Of a stretch of 64,000 nt of DNA, positions 57,981 through 64,000 are shown in pieces. How positions within the stretch are numbered: the first letter of the stretch is position 1; every line of letters begins with the position of its first letter. Origin of the DNA: Burkholderiales bacterium (GTDB taxonomy: Bacteria; Pseudomonadota; Gammaproteobacteria; Burkholderiales; SG8-39); NCBI GenBank assembly GCA_035577785.1, contig DATLUZ010000222.1, forward strand, positions 139 through 64,138. Reading direction: 5' to 3'. The notes beneath the pieces are model-generated. The model did no database searches, was not told the origin of the DNA, and worked only from the letters and a program-made list of their open reading frames with translations. The position numbers and the translations under genes are program-made.

Positions 57981-58628
57981 TCAGCGATCCGCCGGCCGCC
58001 GTTTGCTGCGTCGGCTCGCCGCCAGCCGCAGAGCGTTGCCGTCCCGGGTGATCTCGCCGGCCTTCTCCATCCTGGCAAGCGTCCTATAGAGCGCCTCATG
58101 ACTGACGCCGAGGTCGCGTGCCAAGTCCTTCAACGAGCCTGCCAGCGCGACCTCGCCGGCTTCGTCCCGTTCTTCGGCAAGAACGAAGTGGCGAACGCGC
58201 TCGGCCACGCTTGAGAGCGCCAGCCGTTCGATTCGCGCCCGCGCCATGCGGAGCTCGCGCATCAGGACCGAATTCCATTGCGTCGCGAAGCCGCGGTCCC
58301 TGGTCAAAAGCGTTGCGAGCTCGCTTTTCGGAATGAGCGCGAGCGTGCTCGCCTGAAAGGCGATGGCGTCGCAGAGATATTCGGGGCAGTCGACGGCGGC
58401 CTCCGCGAAGTATTCGCCCGGGCGCGCCCGGTGCAGCAGGATGTCCTCGCCTGCCCGGCCGCTGCGCAGCATGCGCACCTCGCCGCTATGGACGAAAAAC
58501 ACCCATCGCGCAGGATCGCCCCGGCGAAACAGCATCTCGCCGCGCGCGTAATCCCGTACACGGGAAAACACCCGCAGCGGCTCCGGCAGGTTGGAAAGCA
58601 AAGTCTGCGATTCGTCCGCCTGCTTCAC
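57981..58628 (-). CDS. Crp/Fnr family transcriptional regulator
   Basis: cNMP-binding-like beta-roll (GEMLFRRGDPARWVFFVHSGEVRM) and a C-terminal HTH (LKDLARDLGVSHEALYRTLARM). The start is GTG. I see no N-terminal Cys cluster. Confidence 0.85.
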   Translation of the reverse strand: MKQADESQTLLSNLPEPLRVFSRVRDYARGEMLFRRGDPARWVFFVHSGEVRMLRSGRAGEDILLHRARPGEYFAEAAVDCPEYLCDAIAFQASTLALIPKSELATLLTRDRGFATQWNSVLMRELRMARARIERLALSSVAERVRHFVLAEERDEAGEVALAGSLKDLARDLGVSHEALYRTLARMEKAGEITRDGNALRLAASRRSKRRPADR

Positions 58629-58641
58629 GATTCATCCCCTG

Positions 58642-58655
58642 ATGATTTTGATCAT
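58642..58655. promoter_or_regulatory. candidate Crp/Fnr-family box, ATGAT-TTTG-ATCAT
   Basis: A perfect 5-4-5 palindrome with the TGAT-N4-ATCA core of the FNR/Dnr consensus. It lies between the Crp gene (start 58628) and the + operon (RBS 58699). A GACAAT -10-like hexamer sits at 58678-58683. Confidence 0.35.
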
Positions 58656-58713
58656 ACGCGGGTTGCGGCGACGGGCCGACAATCGGCCAATGAGCTGCGA
58701 AGGAAAACCGCAA

Positions 58714-58919
58714 ATGAGACCCATCAGCGCCATCGTGTTCGCCGCGGCAGCCGCCGTGGCGCACGCGCAGCATCAGCCGTACGCGGGGCAGCAGCATGTC
58801 TCATCTCGAAAACGCACAGGCGCCTGCGCACCATGCTCACCGACGATCAGGTCGCCCGCTACGACCGGACGCGCGGATACGCGGCGCAATCCGGCGACCC
58901 CCACCGCCCGAGGCATTGA
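58714..58919 (+). pseudogene. remnant of an LTXXQ-motif (CpxP/Spy/ZraP-like) periplasmic protein gene (internal deletion plus frameshift)
   Basis: A good RBS (GAAGGAAAA) and the signal peptide MRPISAIVFAAAAAVAHA-QHQPYAG lie in one frame. The C-terminal MLTDDQVARYDRTRGY... lies in another frame and ends in a TGA that abuts the next ATG (TGAATG). The total span is only 206 nt. Confidence 0.45.
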
Positions 58920-59777
58920 ATGGCGTTCGAGACGCTTCTGATCGGTAACGAGCCGGCGATCCGGCTCGCTATTTTCGCGAGCGCGCTCGTGCTTATCGCG
59001 CTGCTGGAGCTGGCCCTACCGCGCCGTGCCCCGGATGCGCCCATGACGGTTCGATGGGCGAACAACGTCGGGCTCGCGGTCGTGAACATCGTGCTCGTCC
59101 GGACGTTGTTTCCGTCCGCTGCAGTCGGCATGGCCATCGTGGCCAATGAGCGCGGCGTCGGTCTTCTCAATGCGATCCCGCTTCCTTATCCGCTCGCGAT
59201 GACCCTGTCGTTGCTCGCCCTAGACCTGATGATGTATCTGATGCACCTGATGTTCCATGCCGTGCCGGCGCTTTGGCGCGTCCACCGCGTACACCATTCC
59301 GACGTGGACTTCGACCTGACGACCGGGCTGCGCTTTCACCCCATCCAGGCCGTTCTGTCGGTGCCGATCAAGTTCGCCGTCATCTTCGTGCTGGGGCCGC
59401 CGGTGCTGGCGGTGCTGCTCTTCGAGGCCCTATTCAATGCGGTCCTGCTCTTCAGCCACGCGAACCTCCGCATCCCGCGCGTCGTGAACCGCGTGTTGCG
59501 CTGGTTCATCGTCACCCCGGAGGTGCACCGACTGCACCATTCGGTCGATGCGATCGAGACCAACAGCAACTTCGGCTTCGCCCTGACCTTGTGGGATCGC
59601 CTGCTCGGCACCTACCGTGCTGAGCCCGCGGCCGGACACGACAGCATGACGATCGGAGTGGCTCAATTCCGCGCGCGGCGGGAGTCCTGGCTCGATCGCC
59701 TGCTCCTTCAGCCGTTCCGTGACGACTTCGGTGACCACGACATCACCCGCAGATGGGGCGCCGGCCGATATACATAA
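58920..59777 (+). CDS. sterol desaturase / fatty-acid hydroxylase superfamily membrane protein (paralog of 56979-57806)
   Basis: His boxes HLMFH, HRVHHSD and HRLHHS. It is collinear with the first copy. Confidence 0.85.
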   Translation: MAFETLLIGNEPAIRLAIFASALVLIALLELALPRRAPDAPMTVRWANNVGLAVVNIVLVRTLFPSAAVGMAIVANERGVGLLNAIPLPYPLAMTLSLLALDLMMYLMHLMFHAVPALWRVHRVHHSDVDFDLTTGLRFHPIQAVLSVPIKFAVIFVLGPPVLAVLLFEALFNAVLLFSHANLRIPRVVNRVLRWFIVTPEVHRLHHSVDAIETNSNFGFALTLWDRLLGTYRAEPAAGHDSMTIGVAQFRARRESWLDRLLLQPFRDDFGDHDITRRWGAGRYT

Positions 59778-59855
59778 CTTTACCTGCCGGACAAATGCCG
59801 TTTACCGACCCGCAGCGAGACTGCTTTGCTTGAGAAGAAGGAAAGGACTGCTCCC

Positions 59856-60380
59856 ATGCGTAGTGTCCGCGCGGTCTATCTTCTGCTCGGCGCAATCCTG
59901 GCCGGGTTCGTTGCGATGCTGGCCGCGATCGTTACCTTGACGCCGGGAGGTGCGCAATTCGGCCACGAGCCGCAAGCCTTGATTGGGCCGGTCGTCGCGC
60001 TCGTCGGCCTGACTGCGCTCGTCTGGGGCCTGATGGTGGTCTGGCGGAATCTCGCCGTCATCCGCGGCCGAGTTGCGTTGCGCTATTTCCGGAGCTATGC
60101 GTCCGACGCGCCGGCGGAGTGGATAGAGCGTCCCACGAGGGCGTACATGAATCTCCTGGAGCTTCCGCTCCTTTTCTACGTCGCCTGCCTGCTCATGCTG
60201 GTGACCGGCAAATTCGACGGCGCGCAGATTGCCCTGGCGTGGGTGTTCGTGCTTACCCGCGGCATCCACGCAATCATCCACATCGGCTTCAATCACGTGC
60301 CGCTGCGCTTCGCCGCCTTCTTTGCCGGCTCGGTGACGCTTGGCGTCCTGTGGATCAGATTCGCGGCGCAAAATCTGTGA
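59856..60380 (+). CDS. MAPEG family membrane protein
   Basis: A 4-TM small protein with the pattern ERPTRAYMNLLELPLLFY...VLTRGIHAIIHIG. A GAAGGAAAGGA RBS precedes the ATG at 59856. Confidence 0.7.
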   Translation: MRSVRAVYLLLGAILAGFVAMLAAIVTLTPGGAQFGHEPQALIGPVVALVGLTALVWGLMVVWRNLAVIRGRVALRYFRSYASDAPAEWIERPTRAYMNLLELPLLFYVACLLMLVTGKFDGAQIALAWVFVLTRGIHAIIHIGFNHVPLRFAAFFAGSVTLGVLWIRFAAQNL

Positions 60381-60384
60381 GTAG

Positions 60385-62736
60385 TCACAGCGTCACCTTC
60401 CTCAGGCGCAGCGCATTGCTCACGACCGACACCGAGCTCATCGCCATCGCCGCACCGGAGATGATCGGCGAGAGCAGCAGGCCGAAAACCGGGTAGAGCG
60501 CTCCCGCGGCGACCGGCACGCCGACCGCGTTGTAGACGAAAGCAAAGAACAGGTTCTGCTTCACATTGCGCATGGTGGCGCGCGAGAGCCGGATCGCCTT
60601 TACGATCGCGCGCAGGTCGCCTTTGACGAGCGTCACGGCGGCGCTTTCGATCGCGACGTCGCTGCCCGTGCCCATGGCGATGCCGACGTTCGACCGGGCG
60701 AGCGCCGGCGCGTCGTTGATGCCGTCGCCGGCCATCGCGACGATGCGCCCTTCCGCCTGCAGCGCCTGGATCCTTTCCACCTTCTGCTCGGGGAGAACCT
60801 CGGCCAGCACCTCGTCGATGCCGAGCTGGCGTGCCACCGCTTCGGCGGTCGCGCGCGCGTCGCCCGAGAGCATGACCAGGCGGATACCCTGCTCCTTCAG
60901 CTGGCGTACCGCCTCCGCGGTCGTCTCCTTGACCGGATCGGCCACCGCGATCAGCGCGCAAACGCGGCCATCGATCTCCGCGAACATGACCCCTTTGCCC
61001 TGCGCGCGCAGCGCGTCCGCTCTTTCGCAAAAGGCGGGAGGCAGGCCGCCGAGCGGGTCCATCGCGCGCGCGCTGCCGACCGTGATCCTGCGGTCGGCGA
61101 CGAGCCCTTCGACGGCCTGGCCGGTGATCGAATGGAAATTCTCCACCGCCCCCAGCCTGAGCTTGCGGCTTTCCGCGGCGCGCACGATGGCCTGGGCCAG
61201 CGGATGCTCGCTCGCGCGCTCGAGGCTGGCGACGAGCCGCAGCGCCTCGCTTTCGTCGATTCCATCCACCATGAAATCGACGAGCTCCGGCCGGCCCGCC
61301 GTGAGCGTGCCGGTCTTGTCGACCACGAGCGTATCGACTTCGCGCAGCTTTTCGACCGCCTCTGCGTTCCGGAACAGGATGCCGTTGAGCGCGCCCTGGC
61401 CCATCGCTACGGTGATCGAGATGGGCGTGGCGAGGCCCACCGCGCAGGGGCAGGCGATGATCAGCACCGACACCGCATTGACTAGCGCATACGCGAGCCG
61501 CGGCTGCGGACCGAAGAACCACCATGCGAGCGCCGTGACCACCGCGATCGCGATCACCGTCTGCACGAAGTAGGCGGCGACGAGGTCGGCGAGGCGCTGT
61601 ACCGGCGCGCGGGTGCGCTGTGCCTCCGCGACCATCTGCACGATTCGAGCGAGGAGCGTATCCGAGCCGACTCGCTCGGCGCGAATCACGAGCGTCCCCT
61701 TGCCGTTGATCGTGGCACCGGTGACGCGATCGCCGGCCTTCTTCTGCACGGGGACGGGTTCGCCGGTGAGCATCGACTCATCGACGTGCGACGAGCCTTC
61801 CAGCACGGTGGCATCCACCGGGATCTTTTCGCCGGGACGCACGCGCAGCCGGTCGCCGACCTTGACCTCCGCAAGCGGGACTTCCGTCTCGCGACCGTCC
61901 GCCTCGACGCGAAGCGCTGTATTCGGTGCGAGCGCGAGCAGCCGGCGGATCGCCTGGCCGGTCTCGCTTATGGCGCGGAGCTGCATCACCTCTCCGAGCA
62001 GCACCAGCGTGACGATCACGGCCGCAGCCTCGAAATACGCGCCGACCTCCTCGCCGCCGTGCATGCGCAGCTCGTGCGGAAAGAGCCCCGGCGCGAACGC
62101 TGCCACGACGCTGTAGAGGTAGGCGAGCGCGACGCCGAGGCCGATGAGGGTGTACATGTTCGGGCTGCGATTGGTAAGCGAGCGCCAGAACTTTTGGAAG
62201 AACGGCCAGCCGCCCCACAGCACCACCGGCGTGCCGAGGAGGAACTCGAGGAGCGAGCGAACCCTCGGCGCAAGGCCGAAGGGCTCGGCGAATCCGAAGT
62301 AAGGCGCCATGGCGAGCACGACGAGCGGTGCGCTCAGCACCGCGCTCACCCAGAACCTGCGCGTCATGTCGGAGAGCTCGGTCTTGTCCTCTTCGCCGCC
62401 CGCGGCCGGCACCGTCGGCACCAGCGCCATGCCGCATTTCGGGCACGAGCCCGGCCCGTCCTGCACGATCTCCGGATGCATCGGGCAGGTGTACTGCGAT
62501 CTTGCCGAGCCCTTGCGTGCCGCGGGCTTCCCGACGATCTGGACCGGCATGGCATGGTGCGCGCCGCGGTGGGCATGCGCAGCGCCGGCCTTCCTGCTCA
62601 AGTAGCGCTCTGGATCGCTGCTGAAGGCATGCACGCAGTGCTTGGAGCAGAAGTAATACTTCGTTCCCTTGTGCTCGAACTCTCCGGCCGCTTTCGCCGG
62701 ATCGACGGTCATGCCGCAAACGGGATCGAGCGCCAT
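60385..62736 (-). CDS. copA: copper(I)-translocating P1B-type ATPase
   Basis: CPC in the TM6 region ([12 protein letters not shown]), DKTGTLT and [10 protein letters not shown]. The N-terminus has a YHS/TRASH-like domain (CGMTVDP...YYFCSKHC) and a YTCPMHPE...CPKCGM module instead of an HMA fold. Confidence 0.92.
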   Translation of the reverse strand: MALDPVCGMTVDPAKAAGEFEHKGTKYYFCSKHCVHAFSSDPERYLSRKAGAAHAHRGAHHAMPVQIVGKPAARKGSARSQYTCPMHPEIVQDGPGSCPKCGMALVPTVPAAGGEEDKTELSDMTRRFWVSAVLSAPLVVLAMAPYFGFAEPFGLAPRVRSLLEFLLGTPVVLWGGWPFFQKFWRSLTNRSPNMYTLIGLGVALAYLYSVVAAFAPGLFPHELRMHGGEEVGAYFEAAAVIVTLVLLGEVMQLRAISETGQAIRRLLALAPNTALRVEADGRETEVPLAEVKVGDRLRVRPGEKIPVDATVLEGSSHVDESMLTGEPVPVQKKAGDRVTGATINGKGTLVIRAERVGSDTLLARIVQMVAEAQRTRAPVQRLADLVAAYFVQTVIAIAVVTALAWWFFGPQPRLAYALVNAVSVLIIACPCAVGLATPISITVAMGQGALNGILFRNAEAVEKLREVDTLVVDKTGTLTAGRPELVDFMVDGIDESEALRLVASLERASEHPLAQAIVRAAESRKLRLGAVENFHSITGQAVEGLVADRRITVGSARAMDPLGGLPPAFCERADALRAQGKGVMFAEIDGRVCALIAVADPVKETTAEAVRQLKEQGIRLVMLSGDARATAEAVARQLGIDEVLAEVLPEQKVERIQALQAEGRIVAMAGDGINDAPALARSNVGIAMGTGSDVAIESAAVTLVKGDLRAIVKAIRLSRATMRNVKQNLFFAFVYNAVGVPVAAGALYPVFGLLLSPIISGAAMAMSSVSVVSNALRLRKVTL

Positions 62737-63143
62737 CAGCCCTCACCTCTTCCCGCGCCACCTTCCAGGTGCTCGAGAATCGGGCATTCCGGCCGGCCGT
62801 CGCCGTGGCAGTGACGCTCCAGGTGCTCCAGCGCCTGGACCATCGAGCCGAGCTCGGCGATCTTGCGCTTGAGCTCGTCGATGTGCCCGCGCGCGATCTT
62901 CTTCACCGCGGCGCTCGAGCGGCTCTTGTTCTGCCAAAGGGCGAGCAGCGCCTTGATCTCGGTCACCGAGAAGCCGAGGCTGCGGGCGCGCTTGACGAAG
63001 CGGAGCACGTGCACGTCGTTGCCGGAGTAGGTCCGGTAGTTCGATGCGCTGCGCCTGGGCGGCCTGACCAGGCCGATGTCCTCGTAGTGGCGGATCATCT
63101 TGGCCGACACCCCGGAAGCGGCCGACGCCTCGCCTATGTTCAT
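62736..63143 (-). CDS. cueR: Cu(I)-responsive MerR family regulator
   Basis: [25 protein letters not shown] (MerR HTH) and the C-terminal C-x7-C loop [13 protein letters not shown], as in E. coli CueR. The stop shares one base with the copA ATG (TGATG). Confidence 0.9.
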   Translation of the reverse strand: MNIGEASAASGVSAKMIRHYEDIGLVRPPRRSASNYRTYSGNDVHVLRFVKRARSLGFSVTEIKALLALWQNKSRSSAAVKKIARGHIDELKRKIAELGSMVQALEHLERHCHGDGRPECPILEHLEGGAGRGEG

Positions 63144-63149
63144 GGCCGC

Positions 63150-63180
63150 ATTGTGAACCTTCCTACGATGGGAAGGTCAA
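63150..63180 (-). promoter_or_regulatory. CueR-box MerR-type promoter: TTGACC-19 bp-CACAAT with the dyad ACCTTCC-N7-GGAAGGT
   Basis: The minus strand reads TTGACCTTCCCATCGTAGGAAGGTTCACAAT. This has the same layout as E. coli PcopA (TTGACCTTCCCCTTGCTGGAAGGTT+-10). Only 6 nt separate the -10 from the cueR ATG. Confidence 0.8.
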
Positions 63181-63201
63181 GCCGGCGCGCCCGGTCCGTT
63201 C

Positions 63202-63669
63202 CTAGGGCGGACCGACCTTGATCGTGCCCACCATGCCCGCCTCGAAGTGGCCGGGAACCAGGCAGGCATAGTGGAATTCGCCCGGCCGGGTGAACTGCCA
63301 CACCAGCGACCCGGACTTTCCAGGCGCGACGTGCACCATGCCGGCCTCGCCGTGATGATCCATGCCGGGCTCCTTGCGCATCGTATCGGCATGGTTCTTC
63401 AGGTCCTGCATCGTGCCGAGCACCATTTCGTGCATCACCTTGCCCGAGTTCTTCAACCGGAAGCGCACCGTCTCGCCCTGCTTCACCGCCAGCTCCGCCG
63501 GAGCGAAACGCATGGCGTCGCTCATGTCGAGATCGATGGTTCGCGACACCTTCTTCGGATCGCCTTTCTGGCCGAAGGCCTTTTCGGCCGCGTCGTGGCC
63601 GGCATGGCCTTGCGCGGCAGCAACGTTCGCGAATGCGCCGAGCACGGCGCCGATCAAGAGGGATCTCAT
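63202..63669 (-). CDS. periplasmic cupredoxin-fold copper-binding protein (CopI-like)
   Basis: Signal peptide MRSLLIGAVLGAFANVAAA. His/Met-rich stretches (GHAGHD; GMDHHGEAGMVH). Type-1 Cu ligand pattern H...C-x4-H-x4-M (HYACLVPGHFEAGM). Confidence 0.8.
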   Translation of the reverse strand: MRSLLIGAVLGAFANVAAAQGHAGHDAAEKAFGQKGDPKKVSRTIDLDMSDAMRFAPAELAVKQGETVRFRLKNSGKVMHEMVLGTMQDLKNHADTMRKEPGMDHHGEAGMVHVAPGKSGSLVWQFTRPGEFHYACLVPGHFEAGMVGTIKVGPP

Positions 63670-63950
63670 CGGACCAGGACGTCCGCGTATTCGGGCGTCT
63701 TGTCGAACACCGAGCGGGCAAAGGGACACAACGGCAGGAGGAGCAGGTCCTCCTCGCGCGCCCAGTCCACGGCGGCGGCGACGAGCTTCCTTCCGGTTCC
63801 CGTGCCGCGCAGCGCGTCGTCGACGTCGGTGTGATCGATGATCGCCTTGGTCCCCGCCATGGTGTAGCTGAGCTCCGCGACGCGCTTGCCCTCCTCTTCG
63901 ACGAAGAAGGCGCCCTTGTGACCCTTCTGCTCGTGCTCGATCATCTGCAT
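63666..63950 (-). CDS. small GNAT_2 (YjdJ-like) N-acetyltransferase-fold protein
   Basis: A 94-aa ORF with the pattern IIDHTDVDDALRGTGTGRKLV...LPLCPFARSVFDKTPEYADVL. The stop overlaps the cupredoxin ATG (ATGA). Confidence 0.75.
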   Translation of the reverse strand: MQMIEHEQKGHKGAFFVEEEGKRVAELSYTMAGTKAIIDHTDVDDALRGTGTGRKLVAAAVDWAREEDLLLLPLCPFARSVFDKTPEYADVLVR

Positions 63951-63959
63951 TACCGTTCC

Positions 63960-64000
63960 TTATCTTGCGAGATACCCGCTGTCGACGGGCAGGGTAACGC
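63960..64000 (-). CDS. 3' end of an SDR-like gene (fragment; the rest lies outside the window)
   Basis: The minus strand reads ...VTLPVDSGYLAR-TAA, a typical SDR C-terminus (xVDGGy). Only 13 codons are visible. Confidence 0.35.
   Translation of the reverse strand, partial: VTLPVDSGYLAR

Noticed and set aside
58591-58941. 116-aa ORF (and the 75-aa version from 58714) spanning the Crp/desaturase intergenic region as a possible real small protein.
   Set aside because: After the signal-peptide-like start the translation becomes Arg/Pro/Thr-rich junk and runs into the desaturase gene. It is better explained as the N-terminal fragment of the LTXXQ pseudogene.

Overview
This is a gene-dense, high-GC segment (G+C judged by eye at about two-thirds, not computed) that looks like a proteobacterial, possibly Burkholderiales-like, chromosome; the taxon is an inference. 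I support about 65 CDS. I found no rRNA, tRNA, CRISPR array, transposase or integrase.

Contents from left to right:
1. A housekeeping edge with a VOC protein, hflX and an MFS transporter.
2. A membrane winged-helix/TPR regulator divergent from a secreted TPR protein.
3. A tight four-gene signalling operon on the minus strand: KaiC-like double-domain ATPase, then pseudo-receiver/HisKA/HATPase/REC kinase, then PhnD-like binding protein, then HAMP hybrid kinase-REC-Hpt.
4. A protocatechuate-4,5-cleavage-like cluster (ligA, ligB, ligI-like) that lacks a canonical ligC.
5. A 10-gene, 12-kb tightly packed minus-strand operon. It holds a CoxL-like Mo subunit, a GST, three Bug binding proteins, an alpha/beta hydrolase whose nucleophile Ser is Gly, a TPP enzyme, an IorA/IorB-type Mo hydroxylase and an LLM monooxygenase.
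6. An SDR / aryl-AMP ligase / amidohydrolase / GlcG cluster.
7. A second LigAB-type dioxygenase with a type-I extradiol dioxygenase, a decarboxylase-like amidohydrolase and an amidase.
8. An hppD-phhB-phhA-(DHPR-like SDR) operon.
9. A second orphan CoxL-like operon with a CocE/NonD hydrolase, a MetE-like protein and a Bug protein.
10. A metal/redox block: ArsR-rhodanese with a His-tailed DMT transporter, two sterol-desaturase paralogs, a Crp/Fnr regulator, a MAPEG protein, cueR-copA behind a textbook CueR-box promoter, and a cupredoxin.

Smaller-scale features:
- A roughly 25-bp REP-like palindrome occurs in three copies, one of them translated inside the TPP-enzyme gene.
- A bidirectional terminator is built on a tandem 10-mer.
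- An LTXXQ-family gene survives only as a remnant.
- A leaderless cueR transcript is predicted.
- Many start/stop overlaps of the ATGA or GTGA type occur.

All family assignments come from reading motifs by eye; no database search was run.
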